64,000 bases of DNA, from the NCBI GenBank assembly GCA_947642445.1, contig CANRSF010000009.1, forward strand, positions 6,223 to 70,222. Reading direction: 5' to 3'. Under the pieces are notes generated by a model. The model was given only the letters and a program-made list of their open reading frames with translations. It did no database searches and had not been told where the DNA came from. The stretch comes from an uncultured Collinsella sp. Its GTDB lineage: Bacteria; Actinomycetota; Coriobacteriia; Coriobacteriales; Coriobacteriaceae. This document shows, piece by piece, positions 18,516 to 28,538 of the stretch. Position 1 is the first letter of the stretch; each line of letters begins with the position of its first letter. A program made the position numbers and the translations under genes.

Positions 18516-19538
18516 ATGACGGCAAGCGACGCGACCGCGACAATTAAAAAGGGGAATTCGGAGCCCAGTTTCGATAAAACGGCTCAGCGCATCCTCAATC
18601 TTTTCTTTGTGCTCAACAGCTCTCCCGAACCGCTGACGACCGAGCAGATCGTCTTGGATTCTGACCTGGGATATGACTCGGGCAATATCGACTCGGATAA
18701 GCGCAAGTTTCGGCGCGATCGTGACAAACTGCTCGAACGCGGCATCTTAATCAAGGAGGTTCGCCCCGCCGGCGCGCAGGAGACCGAGGAAAGCTCATGG
18801 ACAATCGACCGCGAGCACACGTTTGCGGCAGGCGGCCTCATCACCGCAGACGACGCCGATATCCTGCTCAACGCTATCGACCAGACAATAGCGGCCGGCT
18901 CATCCACTTTTGCCGCGCCGCTTGCCGATATTCGTTCCAAGATTGCCTACCTCACCGGCAGGACGACGGCGGACGAAGCACCGATCCGCCGCTCTCCCAC
19001 CGTCGATGCGGTATGGAGCGCCTTTGCCGAGCGATGCGCGCTGCGATTTTTATATCAGAACGGACGCGGTGAGCAGAAAGAGCGTACCGTCTGCGTCTAC
19101 GGCATGTTCGAGCGCGAGGGCGTTGCGTACTTCTGCGGCCTCGACAATGCCACCGACGACATCAGGACATTCCGCTGCGACCGTATCGTTCGCGCTTGGC
19201 GTCCTTCGAAGGCCTACGCCATCCCTGCAGACTTCAATCTCAACGACTACCTGTTCTTTGAATTCGATTTTGCCGACCGCCCGCCCGTTGCGGCTACGTT
19301 CTCGTTCGCCCCGCAGACGCAGATCGATATGATCAACGGCCTCACGCGCGGGCGAGGTGAGCTCGCACACACCGATTCGGGATGGACTTGGACCGTTGAC
19401 GTGCGCGATCTTGAAGCCGCCGCCTCATTTTGCATGGCCCACGCCATGGACGGCATGAGGCCCATGGCCCCCAAATCGCTCAAGCAGGCGTGGAACCACC
19501 TCATTGAAAGGACGGTGCACGAGCATGCCCGTGCGTAA
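18516..19538 (+). CDS. WYL-domain transcriptional regulator (PafB-like)
   Basis: N-terminal HTH-like region (RKFRRDRDKL), WYL core Y.......R.V..YG......Y..G.D.....RTFR.DRI. Confidence 0.88.
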   Translation: MTASDATATIKKGNSEPSFDKTAQRILNLFFVLNSSPEPLTTEQIVLDSDLGYDSGNIDSDKRKFRRDRDKLLERGILIKEVRPAGAQETEESSWTIDREHTFAAGGLITADDADILLNAIDQTIAAGSSTFAAPLADIRSKIAYLTGRTTADEAPIRRSPTVDAVWSAFAERCALRFLYQNGRGEQKERTVCVYGMFEREGVAYFCGLDNATDDIRTFRCDRIVRAWRPSKAYAIPADFNLNDYLFFEFDFADRPPVAATFSFAPQTQIDMINGLTRGRGELAHTDSGWTWTVDVRDLEAAASFCMAHAMDGMRPMAPKSLKQAWNHLIERTVHEHARA

Positions 19539-20442
19539 ACTCACCAGCGAGCAGAGGCTCTCGCGCGCCATCGACATCATGGAGGCCCTCTACGCCGCCG
19601 GCGAGAGCGGCATGACACGAACCGAGATTTGCAGTCGCTTTGACATCACGGGGGCGTCGCTCGACGAGATTCTCGAGATCGTCTCGACGCTCGCGGACCG
19701 AGAATCGGGTGCGCGTATCATCTGCGAATGCCACGGCGAGCGCGTGGTCCTCACCGGTGACGCCGGGCGTGTACTACCGCTGCGCCTGAGTGCCGCCGAG
19801 GGCGCTGTGCTCAACCACGAACTTGAATCGTTGGGGATCGAGCCCCAGGCGGCGGCTCGAATTCGACATGCTCTTCTACCCGAAGAGCTCGGCTATAACC
19901 AGCACGTCTTTGACACCGTCAACCACGGGTCGCACTGGCAGCAGCTGAGCTGCGCCATTCAGGACGGCGTTCGCTGTCGTATCTCGTATCGCTCGATGGA
20001 CGATGCGCGGCCACGCGAGCGTCTGGTCGACCCCTTGCGCATTACAGCAAACGGCGACCAAACATATCTGATTGCCTGGGACATCGCGGTCGATGAGCAG
20101 CGCACCTATCGCATGGATAAAATCGAGGGACTCGCCTTGACGGAAGACTCCGTCGTGCCTCACGCACCGGACGTTGCATCCCTCCACGATTCCCTTGCCC
20201 GGACGCAGCGTAGCGCAAAGCTCTTGATGCCATTCGATATGGCGGAGCATCTGGACTGGGCCGGCATCACCCTAATCGAGCGCAGCGGGACAGACATGGC
20301 AACGGTAACCGTACATTACGGCTCCGAGCGTTGGCTGCTGAGCCAGATAATCGCAGCGGGCGGAGCCATCCGCATCTTGGATGACCCCGCCCTGTCAAAG
20401 CGTCTGTGCGATATGGCAAAAACCCTCGTCTGTCCGCTTTAG
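19525..20442 (+). CDS. WYL-domain transcriptional regulator (PafC-like)
   Basis: Y.S......RERLVDP.......YLIAWD.....RTYRMDKI; C-terminal WLL..I...G..I.I..; overlaps the upstream WYL gene. Confidence 0.88.
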   Translation: MPVRKLTSEQRLSRAIDIMEALYAAGESGMTRTEICSRFDITGASLDEILEIVSTLADRESGARIICECHGERVVLTGDAGRVLPLRLSAAEGAVLNHELESLGIEPQAAARIRHALLPEELGYNQHVFDTVNHGSHWQQLSCAIQDGVRCRISYRSMDDARPRERLVDPLRITANGDQTYLIAWDIAVDEQRTYRMDKIEGLALTEDSVVPHAPDVASLHDSLARTQRSAKLLMPFDMAEHLDWAGITLIERSGTDMATVTVHYGSERWLLSQIIAAGGAIRILDDPALSKRLCDMAKTLVCPL

Positions 20443-23333
20443 CGCCGCCGCTCGTGGCGTGCACGCCACAGCTGTAGATAGTGCCCGATCTGCGCCGATT
20501 CGATGCGCTGGTAGGAGCTCGTGGGCAGCGACGTTAAGAACTTCTTGCCATAGCCCTTCGTCACCAGGCGAGGATCCGCCAAGATCAGCACGCCGCTATC
20601 GGTCGACGAGCGGATAAGGCGGCCGGCCGCCTGCTTAACCTCGAGCACCGCCTCGGGCAGCGAATAGCGCGCCCAAGCGCGGTCTTCGCGCAGGTTGCGC
20701 TCGCACGAGAGCGGGTCCGTGGGGCTCGAGAACGGCAGCTTGGGAATGATGACGCAACGCAGCGTCTCGCCGCTGGCGTCAAACCCCTCCCAGAAGGCCT
20801 TAAGCGCAAAAAGCGACGAGGTCGGCTCGTTGATAAACCGGTCGCGCAGGCGACGAGGAGATGAGTTGCGCTGCTGGCAGTTGAGCTCCAGACCCGCACG
20901 GGCCATCTTGGGCTCAACGCGGGCGTACAGGTCTTCCATGTCGCGCCGATTGGTGAACAACGTGAGCACCGATCCGCCCATGGCAAGATGGGCGTCGACC
21001 AGCACGCGCTCGAGCGCCGTAAGATAGCTCTCACGATCGCGCGGATCGGGGATATCGCCCGCAACGACTACAGCCATGTTCGAATCGAAGTCGTAGCTCG
21101 AGTCCAAGTGCAGCGATGAGGATGTTGAAGCACCGATGCGATCGAGGCCGACAGCATGGTTGAAGTGCTCAAAGCTTTTGGACACCGTCATGGTTGCCGA
21201 GGCAAAGATAGCCGTGTGAACCTCGGGCAGCCACTCGGTTGCCAAGGCCTCGCCAATGTCGATGCGCTCTGCGGTCACTGACTCTCCGCCGGCACGCAAC
21301 CTGCGATTGACCTGCAGCGAATATACGTAGTGTTCATCGGTGCCATCAATGATGAGTTTGAGGTTCTCGACCAGCTCGTGCAGGCGGCGCGAGATATCAC
21401 CCAGGTCGACAACAACCTCGGGCTTGTCGGCGGCGACGGCTTGCACCAGCGCCTCGACGCTTTTGTCAGCTTGTTCCAATGCGTCGATGGCTGTGTAGGC
21501 CGACTGTAAGAAATCATGCCAGTCGTCAGATTCGCGCAACTCGGGGCCAATCCATAGATTGGCATTGTCATAACCCCCACGGGCACGGCGGCCGAGCTCG
21601 CGAACGCCATCGAACACGTCGGCGATTGCCATGCTCGCGCGCGCAACCGTCGACGTCGCCTTGGCAGTAAGGCCCAGATAGAGCGTAGAGCCCTCGGAGG
21701 TTGCCAAATCACGGGAAACCTGGCTTAGCGCGCCGGTGCTCGAGCCACCCAGGCGCTCAAACAGAACGCGTGATTCGTCCGCCGACACCACGCGCGCCCA
21801 CTGGCGGCGCGCCTCGCGCTCGATGGAATGGGCCTCGTCGATTACCCAATGACGAATCGGAGGCAAAATCCTGCCCTCGGCCGCGACGTTGCGGAACAGC
21901 AGGGAATGGTTGGTGACCACCACATCGGCATGCGCCGCACGACGGCGAGCGCCGTGGACCAAACATTTATCAGGGAAAAACGGGCAGAGGCGACGAGCAC
22001 ACTCGCGCGAGGCCGTCGTAAAGTCGGGACGGTTGACACTGCGCCACCGAATGCCGAGCGAGTCGAGGTCGCCATCGGCTGATTGGCAGACGTACGCCAT
22101 AATGACCGCGACCGCCGTGAGCGTGTCCGCCGGATCGCGCTTGGTGGTAATCTCGACCTGGCCGCGGCTCATGCGCTCGAGCTTGCGCAGGCACGGATAG
22201 TGGTCATACCCCTTGAGAGCGCAAAATGACAGACCACCGTCCAGTTGCTCGGCAAGTTTTGGCAGCTCATGGTACATGAGCTGGTCGGCAAGATTGTTCG
22301 ATTTGGTCGCAATACCTACCGTGATGTTGTTACGGCGTGCTGCCTCGGCAAAAGGCACCAGATAGGCCATCGATTTGCCGACGCCTGTGCCTGCCTCAAT
22401 TACTCGATGAGTGCCCGTGACCAGCGCATCGCGGACCTCGAGCGCCATCGCGATCTGCTCATCACGCGGCTCGTAGGTGGGATACATGCGATTGACCAGG
22501 CCACCTGGCGCATAGTCTGCCTCGATCTCCTCACGACTCGGCATCTTGAGAACCGGCAGCTCATCGGCGTCCACCCGATCGTCGGCGCGATCGGCCTTGA
22601 GAACGTCAGCACGAGCGGCGCTGAGAGAGAAGATAGAACCAGGGTTCTGCCTTGCCAAGAATGAGAAGATAGGACGATAGGACCAAGGCACGTCCGGATG
22701 CATGTCGGCTAGGCGCGCCATGAGGCCCTGGGGCAAGTCGGTGAGCGCCACGAGCAACACGCGCCATACGCCACACAGGGCGTCGACGTCGGCATTGGCA
22801 CGGTGTGATACCGAGTCGCAGCCAAACAGATCGGCCATAAAAGACAGCTTGTGCGAGGCCAGGCGCGGAAGCGCGATGCGCGACAGCGCCAGCGAATCGA
22901 TCCAAATATCGCTCACGTTGACGCCGCCTTTGACCGACTCGATAAACGAGCGGTCGAACGTGGCGTTGTGTGCGATCACCGGGCAGCCACCGACAAAATC
23001 GGCGAGAGCGGCGACGGCCTCAACCGCCGACGGGGCATCCGCCACATCGGCATTTGTAATGCTCGTGAGCTCGGTAATCTCGGCGGGAATCAGCTGTTTG
23101 GGATGCACGAAGGTATCGAAGCGGTCGATGACCTCGCGGCCCGAAAGGCGAGCCGCCGATATCTCGATCAGCTCGTTGTCCTGCACCGAAAGACCCGTGG
23201 TCTCGGTATCGAGGACGATAACATCTTCTTCGATGAGACCAAACGCTTGGGTTTTGGCGCGCTCGGCAAGCGTGGCATAAGAATCGATGACAAACTGCGG
23301 CGTTCCTGACGAAACCGCGTCCTCGATTAGCAT
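20439..23333 (-). CDS. dinG: DEDDh 3'-5' exonuclease fused to a DinG/YoaA-family Fe-S helicase
   Basis: LDTETTG, AHNATFD, HRANAD; EAGTGVGKS, Cys cluster (CLRK...CARRLCPFFPDKC), DEAH, QAAGRLIR. Confidence 0.92.
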   Translation of the reverse strand: MLIEDAVSSGTPQFVIDSYATLAERAKTQAFGLIEEDVIVLDTETTGLSVQDNELIEISAARLSGREVIDRFDTFVHPKQLIPAEITELTSITNADVADAPSAVEAVAALADFVGGCPVIAHNATFDRSFIESVKGGVNVSDIWIDSLALSRIALPRLASHKLSFMADLFGCDSVSHRANADVDALCGVWRVLLVALTDLPQGLMARLADMHPDVPWSYRPIFSFLARQNPGSIFSLSAARADVLKADRADDRVDADELPVLKMPSREEIEADYAPGGLVNRMYPTYEPRDEQIAMALEVRDALVTGTHRVIEAGTGVGKSMAYLVPFAEAARRNNITVGIATKSNNLADQLMYHELPKLAEQLDGGLSFCALKGYDHYPCLRKLERMSRGQVEITTKRDPADTLTAVAVIMAYVCQSADGDLDSLGIRWRSVNRPDFTTASRECARRLCPFFPDKCLVHGARRRAAHADVVVTNHSLLFRNVAAEGRILPPIRHWVIDEAHSIEREARRQWARVVSADESRVLFERLGGSSTGALSQVSRDLATSEGSTLYLGLTAKATSTVARASMAIADVFDGVRELGRRARGGYDNANLWIGPELRESDDWHDFLQSAYTAIDALEQADKSVEALVQAVAADKPEVVVDLGDISRRLHELVENLKLIIDGTDEHYVYSLQVNRRLRAGGESVTAERIDIGEALATEWLPEVHTAIFASATMTVSKSFEHFNHAVGLDRIGASTSSSLHLDSSYDFDSNMAVVVAGDIPDPRDRESYLTALERVLVDAHLAMGGSVLTLFTNRRDMEDLYARVEPKMARAGLELNCQQRNSSPRRLRDRFINEPTSSLFALKAFWEGFDASGETLRCVIIPKLPFSSPTDPLSCERNLREDRAWARYSLPEAVLEVKQAAGRLIRSSTDSGVLILADPRLVTKGYGKKFLTSLPTSSYQRIESAQIGHYLQLWRARHERRR

Positions 23334-24292
23334 GCAATGCCCGCTCGACGAAGGCCCATACGGATCAGGCTGTCACAGACCTGCGGGAACGTCATGTCGT
23401 CGGCGTGGCGGATCTCATCCGGATACAGCGACGTATCGGTCATGCCGGGAATGGTATTGGTCTCGAGGATAACGGGGCCGTCCTCGCTCACAATAAAGTC
23501 GCTGCGCGAGATACCCAGGCAACCGAGGGCCTTGTGAGCGGCACAGGCAAGCTCCTGAGCGCGAGCGTAATTCTCGGGTGAAATCTGCGCCGGAATGCGA
23601 TGGATATCCGTAGGGTCGACATACTTCACGTCCAGATCGTAGAACTCGCAGTCCTCGGGCTTACGAATCTCGACAATCGGCAGGGCGCGTACGTCATCTT
23701 CGCCGTATACGCCGACGGTGATCTCGGTACCATCGATGCACTTCTCGACCAGCACTTTGTCGCCGTACTCAAACGCCTTGGCGATTGCCGCGGGCAGCTC
23801 GGAGGGCTCATGGACCAGGGAAATGCCATAGCTGGAACCGTTGACGGCCGGCTTCACAAAGCACCGCTCGCCACAAACCTCGACGATATGATCGATATCG
23901 ACTTCATCGCCCACCTCGAGCGCAAGGCCGGGGGCAATGGGAATGCCCGCCTTGGCGTATAGGAGCTTAGAGACCTCCTTGTCGGCACCGCAGGCGCTGG
24001 CAAGTACGCCCGAGGCCGTGTAGGGGATACCCAGGGTCTCCATGGCACCCTGCATGGCGCCATCCTCACCGCCGGCGCCGTGCATGGCGATAAATGCCAC
24101 ATCGAATCCGCCGGTCGCCATGGTTACCATAAAGTCATCAGCGGCCGTGTCAAGCAGCTCCACCGAGGTGTAGCCGGCTTCCTTCAGCGCCACCACAACG
24201 TTCTTTCCCGAATCGAGCGAGATCTCGCGCTCGGCGGAATGACCGCCCGCCAAGACCGCTACGTGCATGTTCTCTAGGCTTTTACCCGGCAT
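23327..24292 (-). CDS. ddl: D-alanine--D-alanine ligase
   Basis: GG.S.EREISL.SG, HG.GGEDG, KP...GSS.G, FYD...KY, E.NT.PG.T. Confidence 0.96.
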   Translation of the reverse strand: MPGKSLENMHVAVLAGGHSAEREISLDSGKNVVVALKEAGYTSVELLDTAADDFMVTMATGGFDVAFIAMHGAGGEDGAMQGAMETLGIPYTASGVLASACGADKEVSKLLYAKAGIPIAPGLALEVGDEVDIDHIVEVCGERCFVKPAVNGSSYGISLVHEPSELPAAIAKAFEYGDKVLVEKCIDGTEITVGVYGEDDVRALPIVEIRKPEDCEFYDLDVKYVDPTDIHRIPAQISPENYARAQELACAAHKALGCLGISRSDFIVSEDGPVILETNTIPGMTDTSLYPDEIRHADDMTFPQVCDSLIRMGLRRAGIAC

Positions 24293-24377
24293 GGGCAGAC
24301 TCCTCCTCTATAATTTCTGCAGCTGATACCATATTGTAGCGATACCCTCTACGTTTCCCCAAAATCGAAAGGCTTCC

Positions 24378-25430
24378 ATGAATCCCAGGACTAAATCTCA
24401 GGACATTCGCGACTTGAGCCAAAACGATATTCGCGAGCTCGTGGCCGAACTTGGCCAGCCCGCCTTCCGCGCGAAGCAGCTCATCGAATGGGTCTTTGAG
24501 AAGAACGTTTGTTCGTTTGACGATATGACCAACCTTCCCAAGGCTTTCCGTGAGCAGCTTAAAGAGGCTTTTGCCTTTGATACGCCGACTGAACTCACCA
24601 AGCAGGTTTCCAAAGATGGCTCGCGCAAGTATCTGCTCGAGTACCACGATGGCATTTCCGTCGAGACTGTCGGCATGCCCCGTCGTAACAAACTTTCCGT
24701 CTGCGTTTCCACCCAGGCAGGCTGCGGCATGGGCTGCGCCTTTTGCGCTACCGGTCTCAACGGCCTCAAGCGCTCTCTGACCGCTCAAGAGATCGTCGAC
24801 CAGGTGCTTCATGTATCCAACGACTTTGGCGAGCGCGCCACGAGCGTTGTCTTCATGGGCCAGGGCGAGCCGTTTGCCAACTACGACGAGGTTCTCAAGG
24901 CGCTGCGAATCCTCAACGACCCTGACGGCATCGGTATCGGCGCTCGTCACCTCACCGTCTCTACCAGCGGCGTTATTCCCGGTATTCGCAAATTTGCCGA
25001 CATCCCCGAGCAATTCACGCTTGCCGTTTCCCTGCATTCCGCCATCCAGCCGACGCGCAATAAGCTCATGCCCGGTGTTAAGAAGTACACGCTGCTTCGC
25101 CTTCACGAAGCGCTTCAGCTCTACACCGAGAAGACTGGCCGCCGCCCGACCTATGAGTATGCCATGATCGAAGGCGTCAACGATACGAATCCCGAGATGC
25201 AGGCGCTCTGCGACTTCTGCGAGGGAACGCTGTGCCACGTTAACCTCATTCAGCTTAACGACATCGAGGGCAGCCCGCTCAAGCCGTCGCCGATTCATAA
25301 GGTTGAGGATCTTCAGCGTCGTCTTGAGTCCCGTGGCATCGAGACCACGATTCGTAACTCCCGTGGTAACGATATTGACGCCGCTTGCGGACAGCTGAAG
25401 CAGCGCTTCAAAGTTCAGAAGAACGCATAG
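24378..25430 (+). CDS. rlmN: Dual-specificity 23S rRNA/tRNA methyltransferase RlmN
   Basis: Radical-SAM CGMGCAFC, FMGQGEP, SLH, DIDAACGQL. Confidence 0.96.
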   Translation: MNPRTKSQDIRDLSQNDIRELVAELGQPAFRAKQLIEWVFEKNVCSFDDMTNLPKAFREQLKEAFAFDTPTELTKQVSKDGSRKYLLEYHDGISVETVGMPRRNKLSVCVSTQAGCGMGCAFCATGLNGLKRSLTAQEIVDQVLHVSNDFGERATSVVFMGQGEPFANYDEVLKALRILNDPDGIGIGARHLTVSTSGVIPGIRKFADIPEQFTLAVSLHSAIQPTRNKLMPGVKKYTLLRLHEALQLYTEKTGRRPTYEYAMIEGVNDTNPEMQALCDFCEGTLCHVNLIQLNDIEGSPLKPSPIHKVEDLQRRLESRGIETTIRNSRGNDIDAACGQLKQRFKVQKNA

Positions 25431-25448
25431 GGGAGTCGCACTCCAAAA

Positions 25449-25464
25449 CGTTTCATGTGAAACA
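25449..25464. promoter_or_regulatory. parS site (2 mismatches)
   Basis: CGTTTCATGTGAAACA vs consensus TGTTTCACGTGAAACA. Confidence 0.85.
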
Positions 25465-25466
25465 TC

Positions 25467-25506
25467 GAACGGCCCCTGTTGCATATCCTGCAACAGGGGC
25501 CGTTTC
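25467..25506. terminator. Terminator after rlmN
   Basis: ACGGCCCCTGTTGCA-tatcc-TGCAACAGGGGCCGT stem. Confidence 0.75.
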
Positions 25507-25628
25507 ATTTTTTGACCTCAATTTTGGACCGCTGCTAGCTTTCCCATTTTTTACGGACAAAATAAGCGGCCCTTGTCTCATGAATCAGACAAGGGCCCCT
25601 CAAAATATGCAGGGTAATTGTTAGGTAC

Positions 25629-25883
25629 CTAATAGCCTACATTTTCCCATTGGTTGCTAACCCAACCTTGATTAATCTTAGGATTTTTCGTCACCTGAGC
25701 AGTGCGCATGGCAACATCTTCTGTCATAACATCCATTTTCTTCTTGGAAGTATCGACAATATCTTGCGCGCCACGAAGCAAACGACCTCGAAGTTCATCG
25801 TCTGTCGCGATCTTATAGCCAGCAAAGGCACCAGCCGCGACAGTCGTCACCAATGCAATCGCAGTTAAAATCTTATTCCTCAT
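25629..25883 (-). CDS. Small hypothetical protein with N-terminal TM helix
   Basis: MRNKILTAIALV...; start overlaps the parB stop; 84 aa. Confidence 0.7.
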   Translation of the reverse strand: MRNKILTAIALVTTVAAGAFAGYKIATDDELRGRLLRGAQDIVDTSKKKMDVMTEDVAMRTAQVTKNPKINQGWVSNQWENVGY

Positions 25884-26778
25884 CTTGGCCTCCTTGATCA
25901 AACTGAATCATTTCACCAAGAATACGAGAGAGTTCTTCCTCGTCTTTAAACTCAATCTCAATCTTATTCTTTCCACGCGAGCTCTTCACGCGAACGTTGG
26001 TATTAAATAGCTGACGAAGTACACGCGCAGCCTTTTTAAAAGACTGAGGCGTTGCAGGCCTCGGCGTCTTAGGCGTCTCTCCGGCAGAAAACAATGGAGC
26101 AAGATTTTCTGTCGCTCTTACGGAAAGGCCCTCCGCAACAACCTTCTCTGCAAGTCGAATTCGAGCATCCTCATAGGGAACTGCAAGAATCGCACGTGCG
26201 TGACCAGCAGTAAGTTTACCCTCAAAAATCATCTGCTGAACTACTTCGGGGAGATCGAGAAGGCGCAGCGAGTTTGTAATTGCAGAGCGTGACTTGCTTA
26301 CGGCCTTCGACAATGCCTCCTGGGTCATGCCGCTAGCATCGATGAGCTGGCGATAGCCCTTAGCCTCTTCGACGGGATTCAGATCAGAACGCTGAAGGTT
26401 TTCGATAAGAGCAAGAGCCAACATCTCTTCTTCATTAACATCTTTAATGATGACAGGCAGTTCCTCAAGACCAGCAAGCTTTGACGCCTGGTAACGACGC
26501 TCACCAGCGATGATCTCATAGCCGTTTCCATGCTTGCGAACCAAGAGCGGCTGCAAAACACCATGTTCTTGGATTGACTCGCTCAACTCGCGGAGTTCAG
26601 TTTCATTAAAGTGAATTCGCGGTTGATTAGGGTTGGGAACGATATCCTCAATAGGTATTTTTGTTTCAGATGCGGCATTTGAAGCAGATGCAGCAGAACC
26701 ACCGGTCTCATACTCAGCCTCTGAGACCAAAGCATTGAGTCCGCGTCCCAATCCACCACGTTTCTTTGCACTAGGCAC
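25873..26778 (-). CDS. parB: Chromosome partitioning protein ParB/Spo0J
   Basis: GLGRGL, PN..QPR..F, IAGERR, ALIENLQR.DLNP.EEA, HTH KSRSAITNSLRLL. Confidence 0.97.
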   Translation of the reverse strand: MPSAKKRGGLGRGLNALVSEAEYETGGSAASASNAASETKIPIEDIVPNPNQPRIHFNETELRELSESIQEHGVLQPLLVRKHGNGYEIIAGERRYQASKLAGLEELPVIIKDVNEEEMLALALIENLQRSDLNPVEEAKGYRQLIDASGMTQEALSKAVSKSRSAITNSLRLLDLPEVVQQMIFEGKLTAGHARAILAVPYEDARIRLAEKVVAEGLSVRATENLAPLFSAGETPKTPRPATPQSFKKAARVLRQLFNTNVRVKSSRGKNKIEIEFKDEEELSRILGEMIQFDQGGQDEE

Positions 26779-27571
26779 GCTTAATCACCTCTTTTGCAAG
26801 GTTCATATACGCTTTTGCACCCTTGTTTTGAGGTGCATAGGTAATTACCGGTTCTCCAAAAGACGGAGCTTCAGAGATTTTAACCGTACGGGGAATCAGC
26901 GTCTTAAACGCCTTATCACCAAAGTACGATTGAACTTCCTCAACAACCTGATTCGATAAAGAAGTACGTGAGTCATACATGGTCATAAGCACGCCATAGG
27001 TGTCTAAGCCCTTGTTCAGACGCGATTTGACCATCTTCATTGACTCAAGCAGCTTCGTAACGCCCTCGAGCGCGTAATACTCACACTGGATTGGAATCAA
27101 AACGCTGTCTGCTGCGGTCAAGGCATTGATAGTAAGCAGGCCGAGCGAAGGAGGACAGTCAATGAAAATAAAATCGAACTCGTCCTGAATCGGCTCAAGC
27201 AAATCTTTGAGGCGGGTTTCACGAGCAATTGCGCTTACGAGCTCAATTTCGGCACCTGCTAGCTGAATCGTAGCTGGAATTACGAATACCTTTTTGCAAT
27301 TGGTATCAAGAACAAGCGATTCTGCCGGCACATCATTCAACAATGCATCATAGATGCATTGATCAAGCTCTTCTTTTTCAATTCCAAATCCACTGGTACT
27401 GTTTCCCTGCGGATCAAAATCGACAATCAGTGTCTTACGACCCTGCTCACCCAGTGCTGCTGCAAGGTTTACAGCCGTCGTTGACTTACCGACGCCGCCT
27501 TTTTGATTGATGATTGCAATGATACGCGTGTCTCTTGCGCTCTTAGAACGCTTAACGTCGCGAAATCCCAC
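26771..27571 (-). CDS. parA: Chromosome partitioning ATPase ParA/Soj
   Basis: NQKGGVGKSTT, D.DPQGN, IDCPPSLG, QCEYYALEG. Confidence 0.97.
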   Translation of the reverse strand: MGFRDVKRSKSARDTRIIAIINQKGGVGKSTTAVNLAAALGEQGRKTLIVDFDPQGNSTSGFGIEKEELDQCIYDALLNDVPAESLVLDTNCKKVFVIPATIQLAGAEIELVSAIARETRLKDLLEPIQDEFDFIFIDCPPSLGLLTINALTAADSVLIPIQCEYYALEGVTKLLESMKMVKSRLNKGLDTYGVLMTMYDSRTSLSNQVVEEVQSYFGDKAFKTLIPRTVKISEAPSFGEPVITYAPQNKGAKAYMNLAKEVIKRA

Positions 27572-27610
27572 GGTCCCTCCTGGTGTGTATTAAAGCTGTC
27601 AAACGGAGGA

Positions 27611-27703
27611 TGTTTCACGTGAAACATTCCGATTCGATATCAACCGCCATGTTTCACGTGAAACACTGCAAGTTGTAGTATCCATTATGTTTCACGTGAA
27701 ACA
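27611..27703. promoter_or_regulatory. Three perfect parS sites
   Basis: TGTTTCACGTGAAACA at 27611-27626, 27650-27665, 27688-27703. Confidence 0.97.
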
Positions 27704-27704
27704 T

Positions 27705-28442
27705 CTAGGCAAGCGGATTCTTCTTTGCCATGCCATTTGCACGAGGCAATGAAACGGATGCTGGATGACTCTTCTTAAGAACAATGAACTCCCTGTGGCC
27801 CAAGCCCTCAGGCAAATCGATTGCGTCATTCAGAAGCAAAGTGAAGCCGCAAATCTTAGCTGCTGACATGCCGGAAGCAAGCTCTTCATCCGAAGGATTA
27901 CCCTTGGTGATAACAAATAGCCCTCCATCTTTGAGGAACGGAGCCGCATACTCAACAAGAATCGGTAGAGGAGCCAGTGCACGGGCAGTTACAACAGAGA
28001 ACTGCTTCTTATGGCTTCGAGCATATTCTTCAAGGCGATCATGAACCGCATGAGCATGTTTCAATCCAAGAGCATGAACAAACGAATTGACAGCATCAAC
28101 CTTCTTACCAACAGAGTCAATATAAGTAGCTTTACGATGTGTGGTTATGGTTAATGGAATACCAGGGAAGCCCGCACCTGTTCCCATATCAAGCAAAGCT
28201 CCCTCAGGAGCCTTATTGATATAGGGGAGCAAAACAAGTGAGTCGAGGATATGAAGTACTGCAGCATCTTCTACGTTAAGAATACGGGTAAGATTGGTTG
28301 TCTTATTTGTTTCCAGAACCAAATCCAAATGCTGAATACATTTCCTCAGCTCAACATCAGATACGCTTAAGGAATACTCTTTGCAATAGGAAGTTAGACG
28401 AGTCAACATATCGTCAGCTTGCTGATCAGTAAGTACTAACAA
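27705..28442 (-). CDS. rsmG: 16S rRNA m7G527 methyltransferase
   Basis: N...NLT, HILDS, D.GTGAGFPGIPL, ARA...L; probable TTG start at 28442 after AAGGAG. Confidence 0.94.
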   Translation of the reverse strand: MLVLTDQQADDMLTRLTSYCKEYSLSVSDVELRKCIQHLDLVLETNKTTNLTRILNVEDAAVLHILDSLVLLPYINKAPEGALLDMGTGAGFPGIPLTITTHRKATYIDSVGKKVDAVNSFVHALGLKHAHAVHDRLEEYARSHKKQFSVVTARALAPLPILVEYAAPFLKDGGLFVITKGNPSDEELASGMSAAKICGFTLLLNDAIDLPEGLGHREFIVLKKSHPASVSLPRANGMAKKNPLA

Positions 28443-28491
28443 CGAAAGCTCCTTTCTGACAAAAATCAGTGTATCGAGAACTTTTGACAAA

Positions 28492-28522
28492 AAAAGGGGA
28501 CGTGGAAACCACGTCCCCTTAG
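28492..28522 (-). terminator. Terminator after jag
   Basis: GGGGACGTGG-aaa-CCACGTCCCC with a T run on the minus strand. Confidence 0.75.
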
Positions 28523-28538
28523 CATAAGCTCGAGTAGA

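Noticed and set aside
28497-28520. parS-like GTGGAAAC sequence near jag
   Set aside because: It is the loop region of a GC-rich terminator hairpin and does not match the 16-bp parS palindrome.
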